A DNA stretch of 63,202 nucleotides, filler included, from Globobulimina sp. (GCA_003354225.1; 56 parts of 56 records of this genome joined end to end with filler, not necessarily neighbours in it), one strand, 5' to 3'; positions 1 through 10,179 are shown, numbered from the whole stretch's first letter. Translations and numbers: made by a program. The notes: generated by a model from the sequence alone, not told the origin.

Positions 1-538
1 CTAGCAACAGACTGTTTATGACATTGTTTAAAATGACTCCGAAAAATGTCCAAGTTTTACGAATATTACAAAACAATATATAAGACATTGTTCAACAAAA
101 CACACTATACCCAATATTGTTTTGATATGTTTGCGGCGTTTGTCGAAACAATCTGAATCGTAAAGTTTGGCTAAACTTATCCATCATATTACTTGTTGTA
201 TGCTGATATGAGTGATATCCATTGCTGTACAATATATGCAATTAAATGTCTTCAAAAAACACGGTGATGTACGGATTGTGCAATTTGTACTCCTTTTATT
301 GTTTTCAAAAAAAACTTTTAAACTTAGATTCTTAGACTTCTTGTTAAATGATATACAATCATGTCAACTATATTCAATACTTCAATAATATCAATATCAA
401 ATCCAACCTCACTAAATACATCAATCACAACTCATATCGACGATGTTTTCGGATTTACACCGCTTTTCATATTCGGTTTGTACAAAAAATACACGTTTTC
501 ATTTAATTTGGCAAACCCACAAATATAAACATATTTGA

Positions 539-1031
539 TTGAAACCAGCCACATTAATCTTAATGGTTTTTATCTTATGTTTAGCTGTATGGGTACTATT
601 AATCTGCCATTATCGCTTAAAATATCAAATTGCCACATTAAAACAATTCAATACCATAGATAATGCAACATTATTTCAGCAAATTGCAAGACAGCCAAGT
701 GCTGCTTCGTCATATATGGTCGACACTGATCATGGGAAATATCATCAGAATTATAATCACGATGACAAAGACGAGAATGCATTATCCCTCGACATCAGTC
801 ATTCCTACAACCATCACAAAGAAAAAACGCAATCCCTTGATCAAAGTTCGCTGAATCATAATTTGACAGTAAATCGTTTGTATAACTTCTCCAAACAAAG
901 CAAATCAAGCAATACGCAGTCGGTGGTTGTGATTGAGCCGATAACCTACGACAAATCAAGAGACTCTGCGTCGGATTCATCCTTTTTGAGTTATATTGGT
1001 TTATCACAAGGACAATCCTCAAAAAAATTGA
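539..1031 (+). CDS. Hypothetical single-pass membrane protein, partial
   Basis: Open frame to the contig end with an N-terminal hydrophobic stretch; no family recognised. Confidence 0.3.
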
Positions 1032-1131
1032 NNNNNNNNNNNNNNNNNNNNNNNNNNNNNNNNNNNNNNNNNNNNTTAATTAATTAANNNNNNNNNNNNN
1101 NNNNNNNNNNNNNNNNNNNNNNNNNNNNNNN
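1032..1131. other. Artificial contig spacer (N44-TTAATTAATTAA-N44); first of 55 such spacers
   Basis: The same 100-nt block recurs about every 1130 nt and has stops in all six frames; the contigs between spacers shrink from 1031 to 1029 bp. Confidence 0.99.
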
Positions 1132-2125
1132 CATCATTTATAAGAGTAGCAACATTATATTTTTTTTTATTATTCCCACCAGAATGTACAGCAAATATTA
1201 CTGTGATATTATTGTGTTTGCACCAAATGGCAGCTCCCGACTGTCCGACAGTTGTATCAATTTCTTTTTGTTTGAGATAAAATTGATGGCTTTTCTTTGA
1301 TGTTTGGATTGAATAATCATTGGATGTCGATTCCATTCCGTACATTTTATATTGTTTTGATTTCTCATTCATTGGATATCCATAAATGTTAAATTTAAAA
1401 ACGTTTTTATTTTTTAAGGCTGATATTTTGTTTTTAATCGTGATATTTTTACAATATTTTAAGTAATTATAATTATCAGTATTCACAAAGGACAATAAAC
1501 AATAATCAAATCCTGCAGTTGTTAATGGATACAAATTATAATTATTTTCATCAACATATTCACACAAACACTGATAACATTGTTTATTGTCTCCAAATTT
1601 ATAAAGAGTTGTTTCTTTTTCCTCATCTGATTGTATTGAACATTGTGTTTTAATCTCTCTTCTTCGAAATAATATTTTTGTTGCTGATATTATTTTATAT
1701 TCCAATTTATTATCATTACAATGAATACAGTGACTGACATTTATTCCATTTATCACACACTCCATATATTTCACACACTTTGTACACTGTTTAATTTTCC
1801 TCCGAATATTATGAGCAGCACTCAAAGCAAAACACATTTTATTTTTATGTGTATCAAATACGGTGGCAGTGCCCCATACAGTTTGTTGATAGTCTTGTTT
1901 TGCATATTTATAATTTGCCTCCAACTGACCAATGCATTTTATAATATCTTCTTTATTCTGTGGTGAATCTGTTATTGCATGCCTTTGATCTCCATTATGA
2001 ACTATCACTTCCTCGAAACAAGCATATTCTGTTGGAAAGTCATGCAGTCACATTCCACAGCTAACATTATGGCAAAATGTAAAGCATCTCAACAAACCTT
2101 CCTCATAATCATAATCTGGAGCCAT
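1132..2125 (-). CDS. Trypsin-like (V8/glutamyl endopeptidase-type) serine protease, 3'-truncated; intron 2029-2097
   Basis: Motifs LSAAHN (catalytic His), FDYCLL (Asp), TTVGQSGAAIW (Ser) and AVHSGG; a GT-AG intron joins MAPDYDYEE to EYACFEEVIVHNGDQR in frame. Confidence 0.8.
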
Positions 2126-2262
2126 CTTTTTTTCATCGGTTGTGCTAGGTTGAAAAGCCATTNNNNNNNNNNNNNNNNNNNNNNNNNNNNNNNNNNNNNN
2201 NNNNNNTTAATTAATTAANNNNNNNNNNNNNNNNNNNNNNNNNNNNNNNNNNNNNNNNNNNN

Positions 2263-2875
2263 CATCATCATCAGTATGGATATCATTATGCTTATCCTCT
2301 TCCGATGAAAACGATAAATCGATATCAAGATTATTTCGTTTTCTTTTCCTATTTTTATTATCGTTGTTATCATTGTTATTCGTTTTATTTTGAAATATTT
2401 GCATTCGTTGAGTTAATTTACGAATTTGCCCTTTCAATTCATCGCATTCCTCGTCGATATCGATATTTTTTTGTATGTAGGATGTTGTCGTTTGTTGTTG
2501 TTGTTCAAGTTTGGATTTTATTTCATTATTTTGGTTTTGCAGTTGGATTTTGTCAGTCTTCAAGGTCTTTATTTGTTGATGCAATTCGTCGACTTCTGTT
2601 TGTAATGTAACTAATGTTTGTAATGTACTGTCATTTGCAGCATTTGCAGGCGATAGGTATAGTTTGAATATCTGCGACTTTTTCAGTTTTTTATTGCAAT
2701 TTGGACATTGTTTTTTGATGTTTAACCATTCTAAAATGCAATGAGAATGAAAGCAATGGCCGCATCTTGCTACCTAAAAGAGTTAAATATTAAGATAATA
2801 AAATGAATGCATCAAATAACTGTTAACTTGTAAGTCTGTCAATAAGGGATAAAGACAAATAGTACAGTTGGACAT
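2263..2875 (-). CDS. RING-H2 E3 ubiquitin ligase with coiled coil (TRAIP-like architecture); intron 2774-2827; RING missed by the ORF track
   Basis: Spliced translation MSNCTICLYPLLTDLQ/VARCGHCFHSHCILEWLNIKKQCPNC, then a coiled coil and an NLS-like RKRKR. Confidence 0.85.
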
Positions 2876-3085
2876 TATCCGTTATTCAGAGTTTGAAGAA
2901 ATGGTTTTTTTGAGTTTTTCAACAGATTCATCTGATTTTTAATGGTGATAATGGAACCACCATCTTCCATTTTGTAACAGAAAAAACTGCATGATTTTCA
3001 TCTAAAAAACCTTTTTTTTCACACATTTCCACAAGTGTACATTGTGTTTGCCTATTTTGCAGTGCAAACTTATTAGATCAACGTG

Positions 3086-3293
3086 ATGGAAGATGTAGAT
3101 GCAGATATTATGATGTATTCACAGTTAATCAATATGGGATTTGATGAAAATGTTTGTATGAAGGCGGCAAAGAAATATCCAAATAATTTAAATCAGGCAA
3201 TTGATTATATCGCAAAATGTGAGAAAGTAAATGATAATGATACAAAAGCAAACGATGAAAAAACCGCTGATAATTTTATTGATTATGCATATG
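3086..3293 (+). CDS. UBA-domain protein, partial
   Basis: QLINMGFDENVCMKAAKKYPNNLNQAIDYI matches the UBA MGF...A-I pattern. Confidence 0.75.
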
Positions 3294-3817
3294 NNNNNNN
3301 NNNNNNNNNNNNNNNNNNNNNNNNNNNNNNNNNNNNNTTAATTAATTAANNNNNNNNNNNNNNNNNNNNNNNNNNNNNNNNNNNNNNNNNNNNGGGAATT
3401 GATATACTCAAATGTTGATCCAATCCAAAAAAAAAGATGCATTTGGTAATTAAACAATGCTACACACAATCCAAATTATTCAGTATATGCACCGATTACA
3501 CACAATAAAAAGCTAGATCTAGATTCATACCGTATAATGGCCGGGTCATTTTCGTGCTACGTTGAATATGTTTTTCGTACATACTGATGTCCACTAATAT
3601 TATGGCATCATCAGATTAATCAGAACAATATTGGTTTTTGTTGAATGTTCTTTGAATGTTGCCACATTTCTTGCTCATCTTTTTTTTGTTTTCTCTCAAA
3701 CTCCACCAAACTTCTTTTTTTTTGTCATTCCAAACCATTCCTTTTTTCGAACCTCCAATTGCGTTGGAATCCATCCGTTGGGTTTAATTTCCTAGAAATA
3801 AAATCGTCCTGTTAACA

Positions 3818-4424
3818 ATGCAAACATTTTTAAATTTCAATATTAATCAAAACATAAATAACAACAACACCATCAAGCACACGTACACTTATCCACCATG
3901 TCCCACCGCAGATAACGCCACAGCATTTGGTCCGCGCTCAATTTGCGATATGAATTTAATTCGTCATCAACTTGCTTGTCCAAATTTAAATGAATTCCAA
4001 GTATTAAGCATGGCGCGCGATGCAATACTCCATGGCTATATGGAGCAACACAAAATCTTCCTAAACAACGAATATTTTCACAAATTTGTCCATCAAAACA
4101 TGATATTTGTATTAAGTGAAGGGTTTGACGTCGTAATCTCAATAATTTGGGCTAAAAAGCTCCAAATCGTTCGAGAGCAAACCTTACGATCCTCAACTTT
4201 TCGTTTAGTACCACCCCAACAACAAAGCTATACTTATACAGCTCCGCCTGTTGCAAATATCCAACAAACCAATCATCAAAACGAACAAAATGAATTTGAC
4301 TGCATGCTCAATGAAGAATGTATTGATGAAATTGTTAACCGCTTAATCGAAGCGGATGTGGCCATGGAATCCAATGAAAACTTATACCCTCCATTGCCGC
4401 CTGCGAATGCAGAAACGTCAATCC
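3818..4424 (+). CDS. Hypothetical protein, partial
   Basis: About 200-codon open frame; no family recognised. Confidence 0.4.
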
Positions 4425-5435
4425 NNNNNNNNNNNNNNNNNNNNNNNNNNNNNNNNNNNNNNNNNNNNTTAATTAATTAANNNNNNNNNNNNNNNNNNNN
4501 NNNNNNNNNNNNNNNNNNNNNNNNAAAGCAAAAATGCAAAGTCGGCGATCCTGCCGTTAAATTTATATTCGTTGATTAAAAAATAATGAGATGAGTGTGT
4601 CTTTGTTTATTTATAATAGATTTATCCATGCTCTTTCTATTTGAATCGAATCGCACTTTCATTGTTCAAACAATCACAAAATTGCAGTGGAGTTTTAAAG
4701 TCTAATGTCGTTTAGTCACATTATGAATTTCTGTTCAATATAATTCTTCATATAACCAACTTGAAATGAGAATGCACAAAAAATACAAAAAATATTAAAA
4801 GAAAATATTACAAATATAAATTGCAAGATTGCGAGGTAGATTTAAAATAAACATCTTTAATCTAGTGGATCGAATAATATATACTGTATATTATTTGAGA
4901 TAATATATTAAAGAAATGGTGGACCTGTCAAGGGATAATATTTGATAATATATTTATTCTTTGATAATATATATTTATTCCATCATATTGCGCAATTATA
5001 AACAGCTTGAACTTAAAATGATGGACATTACAAAAGACGAAGAAATATGTTTGGTCTCACATGTTTGAGTCTGATGGAACCTAGTCATTCACAACTGATC
5101 ATCATCATCATGAAAAGAATACCATGCATTATATTTAATAAATTATATTATTACAAGATATGAATGGAACAATGGAGTTAGTGTTCATCATCGCAAATAT
5201 TGCTATATCAAGGAAAAGTATGTATGTATCAACATCAAATACAACTTAGCAGGTTCAATTTATACAAGAATGGAGGGTTTAGCAATTAGCATATATTTAT
5301 GTTTGTTACAATATATTATTTTCATGCTGAATTTACTAAGCCTGATGCTAAACGTATATTTATTGGTGTCTAAAATAGCAAAGTGTATCAAATAGCTGAG
5401 ATCCTCAGCTTTCATTTGCGCATCATGATGTTTCA

Positions 5436-5555
5436 TTTGCCGTGGGACCGAGAATGGGTCATTGAGTCGTTGAGCGACAGCACCATTTACATGGCTTATT
5501 ATACGATCGCGCATTACCTGCAAAACGAGAGTATGGATGGCGGCGCGGCTACGAA
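5436..5555 (+). CDS. LARS1: Cytosolic (eukaryote/archaeal-type) leucyl-tRNA synthetase fragment
   Basis: [29 protein letters not shown] is the highly conserved LeuRS block. Confidence 0.9.
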
Positions 5556-5655
5556 NNNNNNNNNNNNNNNNNNNNNNNNNNNNNNNNNNNNNNNNNNNNT
5601 TAATTAATTAANNNNNNNNNNNNNNNNNNNNNNNNNNNNNNNNNNNNNNNNNNNN

Positions 5656-6142
5656 TTACGAATTCAACACTATATTCATCTTTAATCTTCTCTCCCCGCG
5701 GATAAACCATGGCAAGGAGCGGCATACCCCATGTGCGTGCTTCATAGCTGACTTTTCCAAAATCATTCAGCATGATTTTTTCATCACCGTCTCCGATGTT
5801 GATATGAATGGATACAGCATCCGCACCAAGCTTTATCGCTTCTTCAACCGAGCATACAAGTGTTTTTGCATGGGGAAAGGGTGACAGACTTGTTGAGCCG
5901 GACAGATGAACGATGAGCCCGATATCTTTGCCGTGTCCGCTATGGCCTGACCCTCTGAGGCCCTTGTGCTCCGCAATGGCGTTTGCGCCTCCTTCGGGAA
6001 CATTGTTCACCGCCTTTTTCATATCAATAACACCTTCGATAGGTCCCACGGAAATACCGTGATCCATTGGAACGATAACTGCTCTTCCTGTATTTCTGTT
6101 AATAATACGTTCCATTCTGATCTGTTTCCCAATAATTGTCAT
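5656..6142 (-). CDS. aroA': 2-amino-3,7-dideoxy-D-threo-hept-6-ulosonate (ADH) synthase, DhnA-type class I aldolase, bacterial; 3'-truncated
   Basis: [75 protein letters not shown] upstream; the aromatic-rich leader favours ADHS over FBP aldolase. Confidence 0.85.
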
Positions 6143-6169
6143 GCGGAGTTCCTCCTTTGGTATTTGACG

Positions 6170-6210
6170 AAAAAAGGCCGTGAAACATAGTCGTTCTCAC
6201 GGCCTTTTTT
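6170..6210 (-). terminator. Intrinsic terminator 2 (segments 5:6) just upstream of aroA'
   Basis: AAAAAA-GGCCGUGA-loop-UCACGGCC-UUUUUU on the minus-strand transcript. Confidence 0.85.
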
Positions 6211-6216
6211 GAACAT

Positions 6217-6253
6217 AAAAAAACCGTGAGTTTTCTTGTCTACCCACGGCTTT
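6217..6253 (-). terminator. Attenuator terminator 1 (segments 3:4)
   Basis: AAAG-CCGUGGGU-loop-ACUCACGG-U7 on the minus-strand transcript. Confidence 0.8.
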
Positions 6254-6278
6254 CCTCGCTAATTATGTTGGTTTGATT

Positions 6279-6365
6279 TCAGCGCAGCCCAGGCAGACCC
6301 ATACTAAAATAATAGTAATAATACCTGGAAAATATAAAGTGTCTGCCTGAAAATCGGGCCATCAT
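6279..6365 (-). CDS. Putative Tyr/Phe-rich attenuator leader peptide (28 aa)
   Basis: MMARFSGRHFIFSRYYYYYFSMGLPGLR, with 5 consecutive Tyr and 4 Phe codons; AAGGA SD-like sequence upstream; precedes terminators and an aromatic biosynthesis gene. Confidence 0.8.
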   Translation of the reverse strand: MMARFSGRHFIFSRYYYYYFSMGLPGLR

Positions 6366-6788
6366 GAAATAGTCCTTGTCAAAATTCGTTATTGGCTTCT
6401 TTGTTCGTTCGATGCTAAAGTCAATCTCGCCGTTTTCATCCATACCACCGCCATTGAACCAATACATTAGGAGTGATATTCCCCATTTTTCATCGCTAGT
6501 AGAGGACTTAAATTTATTTTGTAACCAATCACCAACTATTTCATGTCCAAATGAGAATAAACATGGGCGAAGAAATATTCGATTAAAACTTGCATCATGT
6601 AAATCTATGGCTGCTTGTAACATTGGAGCCATTAGATTTATATCAAAGTTGTCATATAAATACAATAAATCAGCAACAAAACACTANNNNNNNNNNNNNN
6701 NNNNNNNNNNNNNNNNNNNNNNNNNNNNNNTTAATTAATTAANNNNNNNNNNNNNNNNNNNNNNNNNNNNNNNNNNNNNNNNNNNNAA

Positions 6789-7187
6789 AATAAATTAGAT
6801 ACCCAACATAAAATTGTAAAAGAAAAAAATCAGAATTACAAAAATTTTAATAATGGTCTACTTAAAACACGGCATACAGTTATTTATCATGAGCTTAGAG
6901 ATAAGTTGGGTCTTTCAATTTTGGAATATTGTGTTGCAGATATTATATTTAATTTGGGTAATGCCAAGGAAAGTAGAAAAATTGGAGGCTGGTGTTATGC
7001 TGGAAAAGATAAAATTGGAAAAAATTTAGGTTTTTCAAGAGTTTCTGTTTCAAAATCAATTAATAAACTATTAAAGAAAAAATGGGATGGATGTAGTTTA
7101 CTTGAAAAAAGTAACGTAAATTCCAGGCATCTAAGGACAACCGATAAATGGTATCATGAAATAATAATTTATAATCCCAAAAAATAA
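6789..7187 (+). CDS. HTH protein resembling the N-terminal domain of phage/plasmid replication initiators (copy 1, 5'-truncated)
   Basis: Frame open from the contig edge; YHELRDKLGLSILEYCVADII..GWCYAGKDKIGKNLGFSRVSVSKSINKL..HLRTTDKWY. Confidence 0.65.
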   Translation, partial: NKLDTQHKIVKEKNQNYKNFNNGLLKTRHTVIYHELRDKLGLSILEYCVADIIFNLGNAKESRKIGGWCYAGKDKIGKNLGFSRVSVSKSINKLLKKKWDGCSLLEKSNVNSRHLRTTDKWYHEIIIYNPKK

Positions 7188-7241
7188 TTAAGATTCCCTG
7201 TGTGTTAAGAAAGTTAACACCCAAGGAAATGTAAAATTATT

Positions 7242-7553
7242 ATGGCTAATGTTATTACATTTTTAGCAACGACAAATATAAATCATTCTTCAAGAAAGAA
7301 ACTAAATTTATCATTAAATGAATATTGTGTTGCAGACACTATTTATATAGCAAGCAACTCACCTGAAGGAAAAGAGGTAGGAGGTTGGTGTTGTATTAGT
7401 AAAGAAGGTATCGGTGATCTTCTTGATTTAAATAAACGGACAATAAGTATGATTATTAATAAATTGATTATATCAGGGGTAGTAGAAAAATTTGAAGAAG
7501 GAGAATGTCATCTAAGGACAACAGATAAATGGTATCAAGCAATTAACTTTTAA
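7242..7553 (+). CDS. HTH initiator-like protein (copy 2, paralogue of copy 1)
   Basis: NHSSRKKLNLSLNEYCVADTI..GWCCISKEGIGDLLDLNKRTISMIINKL..HLRTTDKWY. Confidence 0.7.
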   Translation: MANVITFLATTNINHSSRKKLNLSLNEYCVADTIYIASNSPEGKEVGGWCCISKEGIGDLLDLNKRTISMIINKLIISGVVEKFEEGECHLRTTDKWYQAINF

Positions 7554-7592
7554 GTATTAACTGTGGAAAAATAGATTTATATGTATTTAAAG

Positions 7593-7720
7593 TGTAAACT
7601 ATCTTTCAAAGTTTTGTAAACTTTCTTACATATTAATGTAAACTTTCTTATCACTATAATAATATTATATATATAACAAATTTAAATAATATTTATAAAT
7701 TATATTTTTAAAAATAAAGT
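7593..7720. repeat. Three iteron-like direct repeats at 22-bp period, followed by an AT-rich tract (putative replication origin)
   Basis: TGTAAACT(A/T)TCTT at 7593, 7615 and 7637; about 60 nt of almost pure A/T follow. Confidence 0.65.
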
Positions 7721-8036
7721 GCTCAAGCTATCGCTTTCGCAATCATTTTAAACATTATTAAATTCTCATTAAAACGCCGTTCTGAGCGTTTTTTTAAATA
7801 TCAAATTTATTTATACCNNNNNNNNNNNNNNNNNNNNNNNNNNNNNNNNNNNNNNNNNNNNTTAATTAATTAANNNNNNNNNNNNNNNNNNNNNNNNNNN
7901 NNNNNNNNNNNNNNNNNTCTCATCTTCATTGGTGTTATATTTAAAAACAGCTTAAATAAATCTTCGGATATATCCTTGCACTTTATTTATAAACAAAGAC
8001 ATTAATGTACAAATAATTTCAATTATATAAACATTT

Positions 8037-8942
8037 TTAAGTATGAAGTTGAATATATTGATGAATAAAATGAGCAAACTCATTCTGATACAAAAGTTTA
8101 GTTAACACAAAATGCGACGAATTATCAATTTGTTTCTCGCCAAAATTACAAATAATCCAAACCGCTAAATGTTCAATATCATGTTTTATCGCCTTCTTAT
8201 CAAAACTCGGCTTATTTTTTCCATTTTTCTCCCCTCTTTTTTGCCTATGAAACAATGTGGATTTGTATAATATCACCGGCAATATCAAAAATTGTATAAA
8301 TTTATCCGTCTCCACCACGCCTTTTAAGTCACTATCAAATTTATTCCACATCTTATCCGCCAACTTGCTGTTTAATATCGTCTCCAAAAACTGCGACAAA
8401 TTCTGCTCACTCTTACTGTGCGACGCAGTGATTAATGTCATGCATTTTGCTTCTTTTCTGCTGTCATTCAATACACTTTGTTGAGACTCGTAATCTGCAT
8501 AATGGAAATAGTAAAATTTAAATATTATACTCAGAATTCCAAATGGAAACAATATCGTTGTCGTAATATTATATCTGCGAATATATCCATTCACCAATAT
8601 TTTCTGCCTTTCTTTATGTTTATTATATGGATGGTCCTCTGTCTTCCGTATTGGTGACAGTGGCTCAGTCACAATTATTTTGTATCCATGTTTCTTATTT
8701 GCCTTTTTTGCGTACACTACGGGCGGAGCAGCGACATCGATGACAAATTCAGGTTTCTCATTCGTATATGTTTTTGCTTCGATGTGTGGTGGTGATGGTG
8801 GTGGTGGTGATGGTGAAGTTGATGGTGAAGGTGAAGGTGATGGTGATTGCGGTTTGGAATCCACTTCTTTTTCATCGTCGGTTGTCTGGCTTTGATCGCT
8901 ATCATTTTCTGGTTGAAATGGTTGAATTGATTGCGTTTCCAT
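8037..8942 (-). CDS. Hypothetical protein with Pro/Ser-rich N-terminus and a possible degenerate EF-hand
   Basis: 301-aa ORF with ATG and stop; SPSPSP repeat; MWNKFDSDLKGVVETDKF. Confidence 0.6.
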   Translation of the reverse strand: METQSIQPFQPENDSDQSQTTDDEKEVDSKPQSPSPSPSPSTSPSPPPPSPPHIEAKTYTNEKPEFVIDVAAPPVVYAKKANKKHGYKIIVTEPLSPIRKTEDHPYNKHKERQKILVNGYIRRYNITTTILFPFGILSIIFKFYYFHYADYESQQSVLNDSRKEAKCMTLITASHSKSEQNLSQFLETILNSKLADKMWNKFDSDLKGVVETDKFIQFLILPVILYKSTLFHRQKRGEKNGKNKPSFDKKAIKHDIEHLAVWIICNFGEKQIDNSSHFVLTKLLYQNEFAHFIHQYIQLHT

Positions 8943-9152
8943 GTTTTTNNNNNNNNNNNNNNNNNNNNNNNNNNNNNNNNNNNNNNNNNNNNTTAATTAA
9001 TTAANNNNNNNNNNNNNNNNNNNNNNNNNNNNNNNNNNNNNNNNNNNNTATGCCCATGTTCTTTCTCCCAAGCTTGGCTATATTTTGTTACCACCCAAAG
9101 TCATCTGAACTGCAAAACGTTTTAATAATATACTGTTACTAAAGTCTAAAGC

Positions 9153-10079
9153 ATGTCTTCGTTTGGTTTAGTCAGACGTAAATCACACGGTGTATCATTA
9201 GACGATGTATTCCAACAACGATTTAAGACCTCCGATTTACGATTTGGTTCAATTTTACAATTAGCAATTTTTTTACCATATTTTGTATCTTATTTATTTT
9301 TATCCACCATATTATCTGCATTTTTTCGTGGTGGTCGTTCAATATGGTGGACACTCTTAGCATGTTATACATTATCTCGTTTATTAATTGGTTTCGCATT
9401 GGTGGTAACCTTCCGATCTATTGGCGCCATCACTGAATATGTAATGTCCATCATCGACTTTATATTTGTTGGCGTCATCCGTTCCAAAAAAGAAACAGAT
9501 TTATTATATAAATTGCAAACCAATTGTACCTCATATGAGCAATTTATTGCTATTGGCCAAGATTTAGATAACATCTCCTCATCCATTCAAAAATGGAAAA
9601 ATACGCCTTCTTGCGATGATTTTGATTATGAATTATTAGAATTACAATTAAAAACAATGCAATCCGAACTAGATCAAGATATCTCGCAATGTAATATAAG
9701 TAAATTAATGCAAACCATATCACACGTCTTCCGCCGAACTTTTTGTTCCTTACACAACGGCAACTTATATAACACATATTGCTACATTGGGACCAAACAT
9801 TTAATTGAAAAATATTACCAATGCTTGACCCAATGCGTCAATAAAATCGCCTCCTCCAACCCTGACGCTTCTTGCATTCACAACGACGATAAGTTGGAAT
9901 ATTTCTATCGTTGCAAGCGTTCCTTAGGTCGCACCGCATTGTGTTTGTCCGGCGGCGGTTCCCTTTCCATGGCGCATTGTGGCGTGATCCGCGTCTTAAT
10001 ACAAAACAACTGTTTGCCCAAAGTGATCAGCGGCACCTCCGGCGGGGCCATAATCGCCGGCTACTTGGCCTGCATCACC
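9153..10079 (+). CDS. Patatin-like triacylglycerol lipase (TGL4/SDP1 type), partial
   Basis: GRTALCLSGGGS, LPKVISGTSGGA (GxSxG), and an upstream DUF3336-like region (GTKHLIEKY). Confidence 0.9.
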
Positions 10080-10179
10080 NNNNNNNNNNNNNNNNNNNNN
10101 NNNNNNNNNNNNNNNNNNNNNNNTTAATTAATTAANNNNNNNNNNNNNNNNNNNNNNNNNNNNNNNNNNNNNNNNNNNN

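Larger units (their letters stand above)
6170..6365 (-). promoter_or_regulatory. Ribosome-dependent transcription attenuator
   Basis: Mutually exclusive helices: 1:2 CAGGCAGAC/GUCUGCCUG; 2:3 GUCUGCCUGGGCU/AGCCGUGGGUAGAC plus CGCUGA/UUAGCG; 3:4 terminator. Confidence 0.8.

Noticed and set aside
6376-6382. TTGACA as the -35 box of the leader promoter
   Set aside because: No -10 hexamer at 16-18 nt spacing, and it would overlap the leader start
7593-7652. CRISPR array
   Set aside because: The 22-bp period leaves no room for spacers; it fits iterons instead
5656-7817. Linkage of the aroA' contig with the HTH/iteron contig, or any cross-spacer operon
   Set aside because: Contigs are ordered by length only, so adjacency carries no information
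8680-9004. His-rich and Gly-rich ORFs
   Set aside because: Alternative-frame shadows of the Pro/Ser repeat in the 8037-8942 gene
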